Below are positions 9,762 to 20,443 of a stretch of 47,467 bases of DNA, in pieces. Positions within the stretch are counted from its first letter, which is position 1; each line of letters starts with the position of its first letter. Under the pieces are notes generated by a model that was not told the origin of the DNA, did not search any database, and saw nothing but the letters and a program-made list of their open reading frames with translations. Both the position numbers and the translations under genes were made by a program. The stretch is from Alphaproteobacteria bacterium (GTDB lineage Bacteria; Pseudomonadota; Alphaproteobacteria; Holosporales; JBOFFI01), in contig JBOFKI010000005.1 in NCBI GenBank assembly GCA_051657245.1, positions 1-47,467 of the forward strand, written 5' to 3'.

Positions 9762-11599
9762 AATGTTGTAGAATCATATCCATCAAGGGAAGGCAAGACA
9801 TCAGGTATTCGAATGCGTTTCCAATGAGCCACCTGAAGTTTCGGCGGGAAAAAAGCAGGGACGCTATAAAATCCGCTCATCAAAACACGATCTAAGGCTT
9901 TGGCGTAAAGCTGTATGGTTTCATAAGTTTCAGCAGCAATGACCGCTTCAATCATTTTGTCCACAACAGAACTATGAATACCAATTAAATTTTTGCTTCC
10001 CTTCATCGTTGCCTGCCTAGATCCAAAATTGTCCCATAATTCGTTGCCCAAAGTATAAGAAGCAGGGATCTTATCAAGCATCATTTCAAAACTAAATGTG
10101 TCTGCAGCGTTTTCAAATGTAGCGGAATCCACCAAGCGAATATCCATTTGAATACCAAGATTTTTGCGAAGCGCGTTTCGATAATAGGAAACTACTTTCT
10201 CAAATGACCCCCCTGCAATCAACAAAAATGTAAAATGAAAAGGTTTGCCAGTATGCCCATGGATCAGCTTTCCTTTTTCAAAACGCCAACCTGCTTCTTT
10301 TAAAAGATCAAGAGCCTTTTGCTTACGTTGTCTTAGGTCTGTTAAGCCACCATCCACGAATACAGACATGGGTTTTTCAAAAACAGCAGGAGAAAGCAGT
10401 TGCCGAAAAGGCTCTAGGACTGCACGTTCCTTTGAATTCATAAGACCCGTTGCCGCAAAATCTGAATTGCTAAAAAAAGAAGTGATTCTTGTTCTGCTGT
10501 TTTCAAGTAAATTTTGATTAACCCATTCAAAATCAAAAATCAACCCCAAAGCTTGACGAACCTTCGGATCTTGAAAGAGAGGTTTACGGGTATTAAAGAT
10601 AAATCCTATATGGCCAAAAGGGATTTGATGCGGAATATCTCTTAAGACTAAGCTACCTTTCTTAACTGCATGAAAATTTCGCAGGGTAACCGCCTGCTTA
10701 GAAGTGAGAACTTGAAAATCAATTTGCCCTTTTTTCAATGACTCTAAAAGAACAGAATTGTCTCGAAAATAATCATAACGGATCTTCTTAAAACGATAAA
10801 ACCCTCGGACAGCTGGCACAGCATCTCCCCACCAAGCTGGGACCCGCTCATAGGTAACGCTTCTTCCCGGAGAAATTTTCGCAACACGGTAGGGACCACT
10901 TCCAAGAGGTGGTGTAAGATCTCCCTTCTCTCCATTGGCTCCTTGGTAGAAACGGCGAGGCAATACTGGCAGCTGACCAAGAATAAAAGGCATCTCGGGA
11001 TTAGATATTTCTCTCAAAATAAAAGTAACCTGGCGGTCACCCGTTTTTTCAGCGCGTTTTACCAACCTATAATAGCTTTTAAAAAAAGGCGCCCCCTTTT
11101 CAAGCAGGTAATTGAAGGTAAAGATGACGTCTTCCGGCAGAACAGGAGAACCATCATGGAAAACTGCCTGAGAACGTAACAAAAAAGTTACCCGGGTTTT
11201 ATCTTGGGACACGTGGACACCTTCAGCGAGGTAACCATAGCCAGAACAAGGCTCATCTGAGCTTTTTTTTAAAAGGCTCGCGTGCAGAAGATTCCCTTCG
11301 ATGAGAGCCAAACCCGCCGCAACCTCTCCTTTAAGCAAATAGGGGTTGAGACTATCAAAACCTCCTAAAATGCCTAGCTTAAAAACCCCTTGAATAGGCG
11401 CATTTGGATTAGCATACAAAAATGCCGAAAAATCTTTTGGATACATGACTGAGCCAAAAGACGCAATGCCGTGCTTGAAAACAAGTTTAGGAGCTGGCGG
11501 TTGCTCAGGCGTTGCTACCCCTTCCGTTGAAAAATAAGCAACAACAAAGCACAGGAAAGAAAAAAACCTAAAAAAAACTCCGCTTTTTTTTTCACACAC
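9740..11599 (-). CDS. ABC transporter substrate-binding protein, family 5 (YejA/peptide-binding type)
   Basis: 619 aa with a signal-like N-terminus. The size and sequence character match family-5 periplasmic binding proteins (GSGPYRV..., ...WGD...). Confidence 0.78.
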   Translation of the reverse strand: MCEKKSGVFFRFFSFLCFVVAYFSTEGVATPEQPPAPKLVFKHGIASFGSVMYPKDFSAFLYANPNAPIQGVFKLGILGGFDSLNPYLLKGEVAAGLALIEGNLLHASLLKKSSDEPCSGYGYLAEGVHVSQDKTRVTFLLRSQAVFHDGSPVLPEDVIFTFNYLLEKGAPFFKSYYRLVKRAEKTGDRQVTFILREISNPEMPFILGQLPVLPRRFYQGANGEKGDLTPPLGSGPYRVAKISPGRSVTYERVPAWWGDAVPAVRGFYRFKKIRYDYFRDNSVLLESLKKGQIDFQVLTSKQAVTLRNFHAVKKGSLVLRDIPHQIPFGHIGFIFNTRKPLFQDPKVRQALGLIFDFEWVNQNLLENSRTRITSFFSNSDFAATGLMNSKERAVLEPFRQLLSPAVFEKPMSVFVDGGLTDLRQRKQKALDLLKEAGWRFEKGKLIHGHTGKPFHFTFLLIAGGSFEKVVSYYRNALRKNLGIQMDIRLVDSATFENAADTFSFEMMLDKIPASYTLGNELWDNFGSRQATMKGSKNLIGIHSSVVDKMIEAVIAAETYETIQLYAKALDRVLMSGFYSVPAFFPPKLQVAHWKRIRIPDVLPSLDGYDSTTFWMEDPL

Positions 11600-11641
11600 G
11601 CCTTTTTTTCCTCAAAAAAAGATTCATCCGTCGCACTTAAT

Positions 11642-12910
11642 CTACCAATGCATATGATAAAGCAACCCGATAACGGTACCGCTCATACAGCTTGCAAGGG
11701 TTCCTGCGATCAAAGCTTTAAAACCAAGGGCGATAATCTCGTTCCGACGTTCGGGTACCATCCCCCCAATACCACCGATTTGAATGGCAATGCTGGCAAG
11801 GTTTGCAAAACCACACAGTGCGTACATCATGATCAAGTTGGTGGTGGGATGAATGACCTGATGATTGGGCGAAGAAAGGGAGATAAAAGCCGCAACTTCA
11901 TTCAAAATGGCTTTCGTCCCCAAAAGACTACCTGCAAACACTGTTTCAGAAGCAGGGATACCCATCAACCAAGCGACAGGAGATAGAAAATATCCCATAA
12001 TCAGCTGGAGCGTAACAGGATGTCCTCGAAGAAGGGGAAGGGTTCCCAAGATTTTATTAACGAGAGCAACCAGCGCCAAAGTTACCACCAGCATTGCAGC
12101 AATATTAAGCATCAAGCGCATACCATCTGCTGTGCCTTGAGAAATGGCGTCCATAGAATTGGAAAAATTGTAAGGCGCCACGATATGGCCCGATGTTGTG
12201 TCACCCGTGTGGGGAACCATGATGCGAGACACAACAACAGCTGCAGGGATGCTGATAATCGAAGCGGTTAAAATATGGGCGACAGGATCGACAATGGTTT
12301 TTTCCAAAATGGTACTATAAAGGACCATTAGGCTAACAGAAGTTGTAGCCATACCGGCTGTCATTACTGTAAAGAGTTCACTGCGCGTAAATTGGCGCAA
12401 ATAAGGCTTTACAAGGAGCGGCGCTTCTGTTTGGCCAAAAAAAATCTTGGCAGCAGCACAAACGCCCAGTGCACCACCAACCCCCAAAATTTTTTGAAAA
12501 ACCCACGAAAAACCCTCCACAATGATGGGTAAAACGCGCCAATGAAATAAGAGCATGGCAAGAGCACTGATCACCATAATCATCGGCAAAGCTTGAAACA
12601 TAAAAATGAAAGTATGGGAACCAGTTTTCACCGCAAAGGGAACCTCCCCTCCCCCCAAATAACCGAAGACAAAACTTGTGCCTTCTAGCATGGACTCTTT
12701 AAGAGCATTCACACCGCAGGAGATCCATAAAAAAAAATCCCGAATTAATTTTACTTTAATGATAACTGCGGCAAGGGCAAATTGGGCCCCAAATCCTAGA
12801 AACGCCGCTTTAAAATTGACTAACCGTCTGTTTTCACTCAACAACCAACCTAAGCCTATAAAGACACAAACACCTAACATTCCTTGAAAAATCAAAACGG
12901 TTTCATTCAT
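11642..12910 (-). CDS. NupC/CNT-family nucleoside transporter
   Basis: 422-aa polytopic membrane protein. The C-terminal GFANLASIAIQIGGIGGMVPERR...ALIAGTLA is typical of concentrative nucleoside transporters. Confidence 0.85.
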   Translation of the reverse strand: MNETVLIFQGMLGVCVFIGLGWLLSENRRLVNFKAAFLGFGAQFALAAVIIKVKLIRDFFLWISCGVNALKESMLEGTSFVFGYLGGGEVPFAVKTGSHTFIFMFQALPMIMVISALAMLLFHWRVLPIIVEGFSWVFQKILGVGGALGVCAAAKIFFGQTEAPLLVKPYLRQFTRSELFTVMTAGMATTSVSLMVLYSTILEKTIVDPVAHILTASIISIPAAVVVSRIMVPHTGDTTSGHIVAPYNFSNSMDAISQGTADGMRLMLNIAAMLVVTLALVALVNKILGTLPLLRGHPVTLQLIMGYFLSPVAWLMGIPASETVFAGSLLGTKAILNEVAAFISLSSPNHQVIHPTTNLIMMYALCGFANLASIAIQIGGIGGMVPERRNEIIALGFKALIAGTLASCMSGTVIGLLYHMHW

Positions 12911-13072
12911 GAAGACCTCTTTTTTCTAACATCTAACAACTACAAAGCTTACCAAGGTCGGAATTCACAAGACCTCCCCCCATTTAAATAAACCAATTTT
13001 TCACACAGATCTAGCAAAAAGTATGTTATAGGGTAAGGAAATCATTTTCCTTCATGAAAAAAGTGGGACTTT

Positions 13073-14419
13073 ATGAACCTGGCCCTAGATTTACCATCCT
13101 TTTTTTTAGGTTTTTTTCTTTCAAGTTTGGGTTTGTTGGGATTTCTACGCTTTTTTTCTTCACGCGCCAAAAGTAGTTTAAAGGCTGCAATTTCTGCAGC
13201 AACTGATGCGCAACAACAGCTGGAAACTGCACAGCAACACCTTCAAGATAAAGAGATGCGTATTCAGATTTTGGATGTTCATGTTAAAAGAAATCAAGAA
13301 CAATTTGAAGAACGGCTTGCTTTTTTAAGCACCTCCCAAGAAAGTCTTGAAAAGCACCTCAAGGCTCTGTGTGGAGACGCCTTACAAGCAAACAATCAGT
13401 CGTTTTTAACGCTAGCCCAGACGGTTTTAGAAAATTTCCAAACCAGCACTAAAGGGGCTTGGTCTCACCATCACCACGAGATAACCCAGCTGCTCACGCC
13501 TTTATCCCAGGCGCTTCAGCAAGTTGACACAAAAATTCAAGCGTTGGAGAAGGCGCGTGTTGGAGCTTACGAAGGCCTTCAAGCCCAAATTTATAATTTA
13601 ATCCAATCTCAACAAGATCTCCACGGCCAGACTGCTCAACTGACCCAGGCTTTGAAATCTCCCCAAACACGAGGGCTGTGGGGAGAGATTCAGCTAAAAC
13701 GGGTTGTAGAAATGGCAGGCATGCTCCCCTATTGTGATTTTCGTGAACAAGTTTGCCTCTCTGATGAAATGGATAAACGCCAGCGCCCTGATTTGGTTGT
13801 GAATCTCCCGGGAAAAAGACGCGTTATCATTGATGCAAAAGTCCCTTTAACAGCTTATCTAGAGGCTTTGGACACGAAGGATCCAAACGTTCGCACAGAA
13901 AAAATGAAAGAACATGGCAAACAGCTCCGCCTTCATATGAAGAAATTAGCGGCCAAAGCCTATTGGGAACATCTGCACCCATCGCCAGAATTTGTCCTGC
14001 TTTTCTTACCTAGCGAAGTCTTTCTAGGACCTGCCCTTGAACATGACCCAGGACTTTTGGAATATGGCTTTGAATCCAATGTCATGCTTGCAACCCCCAC
14101 AACCCTCATCACCCTCTTACGTTCCATAGCCTTTGGATGGCGAGAGGAAAAATTAGCCAAAAATGCAGAAGCCATCCGAGAGCTTGGAAAAGAGCTATAT
14201 AAGCGCCTACAGGATATGTTGCAGCATTTTTCAAACGTAGGACGTCACCTGCAAGCCACAACCCACGCCTATAACCAATCCGTTGGCTCTTTTGAGAGCA
14301 GGGTTCTTCCAGCAGCACGTCGATTTCAAGAGCTTGGTGTTGTTTCCCAAGAAAACAGCCTCTCATCCATCTCGCCTCTTGATTTAGAACCTAAAAAAAT
14401 GACACATTTAGGCTCATGA
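13073..14419 (+). CDS. rmuC: DNA recombination protein RmuC
   Basis: 448 aa with an N-terminal TM segment, a long coiled-coil and a C-terminal RmuC nuclease-like region (RPDLVVNLPGKRRVIIDAKVPL...FLPSE). Confidence 0.9.
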   Translation: MNLALDLPSFFLGFFLSSLGLLGFLRFFSSRAKSSLKAAISAATDAQQQLETAQQHLQDKEMRIQILDVHVKRNQEQFEERLAFLSTSQESLEKHLKALCGDALQANNQSFLTLAQTVLENFQTSTKGAWSHHHHEITQLLTPLSQALQQVDTKIQALEKARVGAYEGLQAQIYNLIQSQQDLHGQTAQLTQALKSPQTRGLWGEIQLKRVVEMAGMLPYCDFREQVCLSDEMDKRQRPDLVVNLPGKRRVIIDAKVPLTAYLEALDTKDPNVRTEKMKEHGKQLRLHMKKLAAKAYWEHLHPSPEFVLLFLPSEVFLGPALEHDPGLLEYGFESNVMLATPTTLITLLRSIAFGWREEKLAKNAEAIRELGKELYKRLQDMLQHFSNVGRHLQATTHAYNQSVGSFESRVLPAARRFQELGVVSQENSLSSISPLDLEPKKMTHLGS

Positions 14420-15828
14420 ACTTAAACAATGATAAGGGGAGCTGCCATCTTATGTCCATATCTCGACCTAGTTTTTATCAAGCACTTTTGGCCTTGATAC
14501 TCCCTGTTTTTTTTGGAGCAGCTGAGGCTGCAGTTCAGCAAAATGTTACAAAAAAGAACCAGGGACCTACCGTTTTAACAATTTTTCCAGAAAATTTAAA
14601 CCTCACCCTTGTGCTTGACCGCAGAACAGTCCATTTGTTGGAAGGAGATACGCGACTTTCCGTTTATCAACTCCCCAAAGATTTAATACCAGATTCTTTA
14701 GTTCTTCGTTGTTTAGAAGGAAGCGACCTGGAATTTACAGAAAAAAATTTTTCTTCAAAAAAGCTTACCCACGAAGGTCTATTAGAAAAATCTATCGGCG
14801 AGCAAATCAAAGTTATTCACGTTGATGTGCGGACGGGGGAACAACACACCCTCAAAGGGCGTCTTTTAGCTATAAATGGCAAAAAATCGTTGGTAGATCA
14901 TGGAAATCATATAGCGCTCGTCAACTCAGAAGATATCGTTTTTGAAAAAATTCCCCTAAATTTTTCTCTTCAACCTGTGATGCAAGTGCGGGTCAAAGCT
15001 TTCCGAGAGAAAGATTATCGAATTGAGTTTGTTTACCTTACAAAAGGCATTGCATGGGAAGCATCCTATACCATAGACATGCACCCCAAACGCAATGAAC
15101 TAAGTATGAATGGGTGGGTACATTTAAAAAATACAAGTGATGTAGATTTCACAAAAGCAAAAATTCAATTAGTAGCCCCCTTGGAATTAGCAAAACTTCC
15201 CTCGGATATGAATTTCCATGAACCCAACACCTATCCCTTAAAAAATTCCATCAATCTTTATGCAGGCATGACGAAAAACGTTGCGTTTCTTTCGGTAAAA
15301 AATATCCCTGTAACCCGCAGCTATCAGATCTATTTACCCAAAGATATCCATGTGAACCGGGCCGGAGGACTTTTGAGTTTACCCGTCCAGATTTGGCTCT
15401 CCCTTATCAATTCATCAGCTAATGGCTTGGGGATTCCACTACCGGCAGGTAATGTTGAAATTTATGGACGTAACCAAAAAGACAACCCCTTTTACATTGA
15501 TCAAACTAAAGTAGACCATACGCCTGTTCAGGCCTCTCTCAGCTTTCCTCTTGGGCTTTCTTCAAAAATCAAAGCGGAAATGCAACAAACAGACTTTCGC
15601 CAGTTAGGTGAAAAGGTTTTAGAATCTGCTTATCGTGTAGATCTAACAAATCCAACTGAAAATGCCGTACCTGTGGTAGTAGTCCAAAAGGTAGAAGGAA
15701 ATTGGTTACTTTCTCGAGAAAGCCACACCTCTCAATCAGATGAACGTCAAATCCGCTGGCTCTTAACAGTTCCTGGCAGGCAAACCGTTTCTTTGCGCTA
15801 TCGGGTCCGCTTGACAGATTGGAAATAA
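14416..15828 (+). CDS. Secreted hypothetical protein, DUF4139-like
   Basis: 470-aa ORF. The first ATG overlaps the rmuC stop (ATGA); an alternative start is at 14452 (MSISRPSFYQALLALILPVFFGAAEA, signal-like). The central GIAWEASYTIDM...LSMNGWVHLKNTSDVDF...IQLVA resembles the DUF4139 pattern. Confidence 0.5.
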   Translation: MNLNNDKGSCHLMSISRPSFYQALLALILPVFFGAAEAAVQQNVTKKNQGPTVLTIFPENLNLTLVLDRRTVHLLEGDTRLSVYQLPKDLIPDSLVLRCLEGSDLEFTEKNFSSKKLTHEGLLEKSIGEQIKVIHVDVRTGEQHTLKGRLLAINGKKSLVDHGNHIALVNSEDIVFEKIPLNFSLQPVMQVRVKAFREKDYRIEFVYLTKGIAWEASYTIDMHPKRNELSMNGWVHLKNTSDVDFTKAKIQLVAPLELAKLPSDMNFHEPNTYPLKNSINLYAGMTKNVAFLSVKNIPVTRSYQIYLPKDIHVNRAGGLLSLPVQIWLSLINSSANGLGIPLPAGNVEIYGRNQKDNPFYIDQTKVDHTPVQASLSFPLGLSSKIKAEMQQTDFRQLGEKVLESAYRVDLTNPTENAVPVVVVQKVEGNWLLSRESHTSQSDERQIRWLLTVPGRQTVSLRYRVRLTDWK

Positions 15829-15903
15829 ATTTTTGTAAAAAATTAAGAATCTGTTTTCACACTTTAAAAAAGCTGTGCCAATGATGGGATAGGAGGCCTA
15901 GAG

Positions 15904-16146
15904 ATGGCCTATCCAAGCGATATGAATGATAAACAATGGGCTTTGATCAGGAATCGTTTTGATATAAGAAATTATGGAAAGAGCCTTAAATACGGTAAAA
16001 AAACCCTGAAAAATGCGGTGTTTTATATAGCTAACACCTTAAAAATGATCATATATCATTTTTTTTGGAGGATGAGCACGTTGAAACTAACCCCATCGGG
16101 CCTTGCGCAGGGACGACACCTTCCTGTGGACGAGAGGGGCTTTTGA
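15904..16146 (+). pseudogene. Remnant of an IS5/IS4-type transposase N-terminus (DUF4096-like)
   Basis: MNDKQWALIRNRF...KYGKKTLKNAVFYIANT resembles the LTDEQW..I.P..P.....R.....R..LNAIFYVLRTG module of IS5-family transposases. The remainder is missing or scrambled. Confidence 0.5.
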
Positions 16147-16320
16147 GTCTCATACGCTATGAACGTTTCCAGAGAAAAAAGCTTGCGTTTCAAGGCAGGT
16201 TCTGTTATTCGAATCTAGAAGGGGACCCAAGAAGATGAATGCCTATTTTTAGGTGTCGGTTCTCGTTTGAAGAGGGAGGGATTTAGCCTTTTCCTCTGCA
16301 AAAGTTCGTATAAGTATAAA

Positions 16321-16407
16321 GCGGTCGTGGCGGAACTGGTAGACGCGCAGCGTTGAGGTCGCTGTGGGAGAGATCCCGTGGAAGTTCGAGTCTTCTCGAC
16401 CGCACCA
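16321..16407 (+). tRNA. tRNA-Leu (anticodon GAG), CCA encoded
   Basis: Acceptor stem gcggtcg/cgaccgc, anticodon stem cagcg/cgctg with loop ttGAGgt, a long variable arm, T-arm ggaagttcgagtcttcc-like, and 3' acca. Confidence 0.9.
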
Positions 16408-16509
16408 GCCCACTCTCAGGGGAAATGGGTTGGCGCGGTCTTTGGAACCTGTGGTAGAAATAGATAATTTTGGTGTTTTGTTACCTCTGTTTGATGGGAG
16501 AGTACGCGT

Positions 16510-18837
16510 ATGTCTTCAGATACGTTTTTGAAAGCAGCCCTTGAGTATCATCGACAACCTGTTCCGGGTAAGTTGAAAGTTGTGGCGACCAAACCTTTGG
16601 GAACCCAAAAAGATCTGGCGCTTGCTTATTCTCCTGGTGTTGCAGCGGCTTGTGAAGCCATTGCAAAAGATCCTTTAGAAGCAGCTTCTCTTACAACCCG
16701 CAGCAATCTGGTCGCGGTTGTGACCAATGGTACGGCGGTGTTGGGCCTGGGAGCGATTGGCCCGCTGGCAGCCAAGCCTGTGATGGAAGGCAAAGCGGTT
16801 CTTTTTAAAAAATTCGCGGGGCTTGACGTTTTTGATTTGGAAATCCAAGAAAATAACCCTGAGAAATTGGTGGATATCATCGCCAGCTTAGAGCCCACCT
16901 TTGGGGGGATTAACCTGGAAGATATCAAAGCGCCTGAATGTTTTTACGTGGAAGAAAAACTGCGGGAACGCATGAAGATCCCCGTTTTTCATGACGATCA
17001 GCATGGAACGGCCATCATCGTTGCAGCCGCCGTGTTGAACGGCTTGCGTCTTGTGGGCAAAGATATTAGCCAAGCGAAGTGTGTGGTTTCTGGGGCAGGG
17101 GCTGCCGCGCTATCTTGCTTAGATTTAATGGTGGCTTTTGGGTTGAAGCGAGAAAATATTTATGTGGCAGACCAAGCCGGCATTCTCTATGAAGGGCGCG
17201 CTGAAAAAATGGATGCTTACAAGAACCGTTATGCCCAAAGGACGGATGCGAGAAAATTAGCAGACGCCATGCCGGGGGCTGACATCTTTCTAGGACTTTC
17301 CGCAGCAGGGGTGGTGACCCAGGATATGGTGAAAGCCATGGCGCCTTCTCCGCTTATCTTAGCGCTCGCTAATCCTGTGCCAGAGATTTTACCGGAGAAG
17401 GTGCGGGAAGTGCGAGACGATGCGATCATTGCAACGGGTCGTTCAGACTATCCCAACCAGGTCAACAATGTGCTGTGCTTTCCTTATATTTTTCGGGGTG
17501 CTTTGGATGTGGGGGCAACGCAGATTAACGAAGCCATGAAGATGGCGTGCGTGCAGGCCCTTGCAGATTTGGCTTTGGCAGAGCCCTCCGACGTTGTAAC
17601 CTCAGCTTATGGGGGGGAAGAACAGCATTTTGGTCGTGAATACCTCATCCCTAAGCCTTTTGACCCAAGGCTCATCACCCAACTTGCACCGGCTGTTGCA
17701 AAGGCCGCGATGGAAACGGGGGTTGCAACACGCCCGATTGATGATTTTGAGGCTTATCACCAGAGCCTTTCTGAATTTGTGTTTCGCTCAGGGATGATCA
17801 TGAAACCGGTGCTTGCCAGCGCAAAGCGTGATCCTAAGCGTGTTGTGTATGCAGAAGGAGAAGATGAGCGCATTTTGCGGGCTGTTCAAACAGTTGTGGA
17901 TGATGGGATTGCGTATCCTATTTTAATCGGGCGCCGTGAGGTGGTTTCTATGCGCCTCAAAAAGCTGGGGCTTCGGTTGAACTTAGACAAAGATTTTGAG
18001 CTAGTTGATCCAGAAAATGATAGCCGTTATGGGGATTATTGGCGGGCTTACCACCAATTGATGGAGCGTAAAGGGATTACGCAAGATCATGCAAAAACCA
18101 TTTTGCGCACAAACACAACCGTGATTGCAGCGTTGATGACCCAAAAAGGCGATGCGGATGCTGCGTTGTGTGGCCCTGTGGGGCGTTATGAGCAGCATTT
18201 GGTGCATCTAAAAGACATCCTAGGGCTTACCCCCAACAACCGTGTGGCGGCTGCTCTAAGTGGCATGGTACTGGAAAAAGGATTCTTTTTTTTCTCAGAT
18301 GGATATGTGAATCATACGCCAAATGCAGATGAAATTGTTGAAATCACCATGATGGCGGCCCAGCATCTTCGGAATTTTGGACTTGTGCCAAAGATTGCGC
18401 TGTTGTCTCATTCTAATTTTGGCTCTTCTTCCAGTGAATCTTCTGGAATGATGCGCAAAGCACTGGAAACCTTAACTTTATTGATGCCAGATGTTGAGCT
18501 AGAAGGGGAAATGCATGCGGATGCGGCCCTTAACCCTGAGATTCGGCAGCGGATTTTCCCTAATTCTCGCCTGAAGGGCGTTCCTAATTTGTTAATTTTT
18601 CCCCAGCTAGAGTCTGCGAACATTGCGCTTAATATCGCTAAAGTTTTAGGGGATGGTCAGCCTCTTGGCCCCATTTTGCTGGGGTTGCAAAAACCAGCTC
18701 ATATCTTAACACCCTCGGTCACCTCTCGGGGCATCGCGAATATGACCGGGATTGCAGTGGTGGATGCCCAAAAACACAAAAATGAGCAAACTTTTTATTT
18801 CTCCCAAGAAGATATGCAACTTGAACAGGGGGGGTAA
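16510..18837 (+). CDS. maeB: NADP-dependent malic enzyme, two-domain MaeB type (malic enzyme plus PTA-like C-terminal domain)
   Basis: 775 aa. N-terminal LAYSPGVA...[11 protein letters not shown]...GAGAAA, followed by a ~330-aa phosphotransacetylase-like C-terminal half. Confidence 0.93.
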   Translation: MSSDTFLKAALEYHRQPVPGKLKVVATKPLGTQKDLALAYSPGVAAACEAIAKDPLEAASLTTRSNLVAVVTNGTAVLGLGAIGPLAAKPVMEGKAVLFKKFAGLDVFDLEIQENNPEKLVDIIASLEPTFGGINLEDIKAPECFYVEEKLRERMKIPVFHDDQHGTAIIVAAAVLNGLRLVGKDISQAKCVVSGAGAAALSCLDLMVAFGLKRENIYVADQAGILYEGRAEKMDAYKNRYAQRTDARKLADAMPGADIFLGLSAAGVVTQDMVKAMAPSPLILALANPVPEILPEKVREVRDDAIIATGRSDYPNQVNNVLCFPYIFRGALDVGATQINEAMKMACVQALADLALAEPSDVVTSAYGGEEQHFGREYLIPKPFDPRLITQLAPAVAKAAMETGVATRPIDDFEAYHQSLSEFVFRSGMIMKPVLASAKRDPKRVVYAEGEDERILRAVQTVVDDGIAYPILIGRREVVSMRLKKLGLRLNLDKDFELVDPENDSRYGDYWRAYHQLMERKGITQDHAKTILRTNTTVIAALMTQKGDADAALCGPVGRYEQHLVHLKDILGLTPNNRVAAALSGMVLEKGFFFFSDGYVNHTPNADEIVEITMMAAQHLRNFGLVPKIALLSHSNFGSSSSESSGMMRKALETLTLLMPDVELEGEMHADAALNPEIRQRIFPNSRLKGVPNLLIFPQLESANIALNIAKVLGDGQPLGPILLGLQKPAHILTPSVTSRGIANMTGIAVVDAQKHKNEQTFYFSQEDMQLEQGG

Positions 18838-20243
18838 TGGAGCGACAATCTTCTTTTTCTGATTCCCATCAAGAGGGATATTCAAACCATGATCTAAACC
18901 ATCTGGTGGCCCTGCTTGAAAAATCATTTGAAGAAGCAAACGTTTCTCCCCAGCCCCCTGAGCAATTATCTGAAATTGTTGAACTGCTTGATGCGCTTCA
19001 CCCTTCTGATACGGCGCGGCTTATTCAATACCTTCGAGGGGATCACCGCTTACAGCTGATGGGTTTGTTAAGAACACGTCTTAATCCAGAAATCTTAAGT
19101 TTCCTGGATGAGACAGTTCGAAGTGAAGTGCTCAGCTTTTTGGGGACAGAAGAGCTTGCAGAAGCCCTTGCTCGTCTGGAAAGTGATGATGCGTTTTTGA
19201 TCCTTGAAGAGCTGGAAGAAACCAGGCGCCAAGAAGTTTTAGAAGCATTTTCTTCCAAGAATCGTGCTATTTTTGAAGAAATCCTAACCTATCCAGAAGA
19301 CAGTGCAGGCCGCCTAATGCAACGGGAATTGGTTGCAGTTCCCTCATACTGGACGGTTCAGCAAACCCGCCAATTTATCTTGGAAAACAAAAACCTTCCG
19401 GAGCATTTTTATAACGTTTTTATTGTAGATCCAAAGCACCACCCGCTAGGGGTTGTTCCTTTGAGCAAGCTGTTAACCACAGCTCCTGAGGTGTCTTTGA
19501 TAGAGGTAATGCAAGCAGATTTGCATCGGATTATGGCGACGGTTGACCAAGAGGAAGTGGCTCAAATTTTTCGTCAATATTCTCTTGTTTCTGCGCCCGT
19601 GGTGGATGCATCCGGGCGGCTTTTGGGAATCATTACCGTGGATGATGTGGTGCACGTTATCGATGAAGAAGCCGAAGAGGACATCATGCACCTTGCAGGT
19701 GTTTCAGAGTCAGACTTTTACGCGCCCATTTTCACTACCAGTTTTGCCAGAATTCGTTGGCTTTTGGTGACGCTGATCAACACGCTGATCGCATCTGGCG
19801 TCATTTCCCAATTTCAAACAACCCTTGAGAAAAAAATTGCCGTGGCGGTGTTGATGCCGATCGTGGCGGCGATGGGGGGGAATTCTGGTATGCAAGTGGT
19901 GACGGTGACCGTTAGGGCGTTGGCTACCCGGGAATTGGATACGGCTAACATGTTGCGAGCCATTTGGAAAGAAATTTCCGTGGCGCTGCTGAATGGTCTT
20001 TTTTTCGCGTGTTTGTTGGGCATTTTGATAGCAGCTTGGTTTCATGAGGTTCAGCTGGGGATCGTCTTGGGAGGGGCCATGATGTTTAACATGCTTTGGG
20101 CAGGGATTGCCGGAACCAGCTTGCCGATCCTCGTTCATCGTCTGGGGATGGACCCAGCCCTCAGCGCAGGGCCTCTGTTAACGACTACGACAGATGTTTT
20201 TGGGTTTGCTATTTTTTTGACGCTGGCAACCTTCTTTTTGTGA
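18837..20243 (+). CDS. mgtE: Magnesium transporter MgtE
   Basis: 468 aa with an N-domain, a CBS pair (SAPVVDASGRLLGIITVDDV) and a C-terminal five-TM domain containing MGGNSGMQ and TTTDVFGF. The start overlaps the maeB stop (TAATG). Confidence 0.93.
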   Translation: MERQSSFSDSHQEGYSNHDLNHLVALLEKSFEEANVSPQPPEQLSEIVELLDALHPSDTARLIQYLRGDHRLQLMGLLRTRLNPEILSFLDETVRSEVLSFLGTEELAEALARLESDDAFLILEELEETRRQEVLEAFSSKNRAIFEEILTYPEDSAGRLMQRELVAVPSYWTVQQTRQFILENKNLPEHFYNVFIVDPKHHPLGVVPLSKLLTTAPEVSLIEVMQADLHRIMATVDQEEVAQIFRQYSLVSAPVVDASGRLLGIITVDDVVHVIDEEAEEDIMHLAGVSESDFYAPIFTTSFARIRWLLVTLINTLIASGVISQFQTTLEKKIAVAVLMPIVAAMGGNSGMQVVTVTVRALATRELDTANMLRAIWKEISVALLNGLFFACLLGILIAAWFHEVQLGIVLGGAMMFNMLWAGIAGTSLPILVHRLGMDPALSAGPLLTTTTDVFGFAIFLTLATFFL

Positions 20244-20382
20244 GAAGGGGTTGAGTTCTGTTAATACCACTTCCCCATTAAAATTTTTTAAATACCTTTT
20301 ATAAAAGCATCCGCCTTTGTCACGGTATTTCAGAGCGTCCTTGGAATCTAAGTTTCTATCCCAAAATGGCATAAATTAATAA

Positions 20383-20412
20383 TTGAAAAATCTTTTAGGG
20401 ATACACTATAAT
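20383..20412 (+). promoter_or_regulatory. Candidate sigma70-type promoter for the F-box/LRR gene
   Basis: TTGAAA (20383..20388), an 18-nt spacer, then TATAAT (20407..20412), about 30 nt upstream of the ATG at 20444 in an AT-rich spacer. Confidence 0.4.
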
Positions 20413-20443
20413 AACTTGAATTTATTATAGAATTTGAGGCGTT

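Noticed and set aside
13035-13052. Perfect palindrome aaggaaa-tcat-tttcctt 20 nt upstream of the rmuC start, considered as an operator or SOS box
   Set aside because: It does not match the alphaproteobacterial LexA box (GTTC-N7-GTTC / GAAC-N7-GAAC) or any other operator I can name. It may simply be a small leader hairpin. The evidence is insufficient to call a regulatory site.
19710-20138. 142-aa minus-strand ORF inside mgtE
   Set aside because: It is antisense to the well-supported MgtE transmembrane domain. The His/Arg/Pro-rich translation has no motifs.
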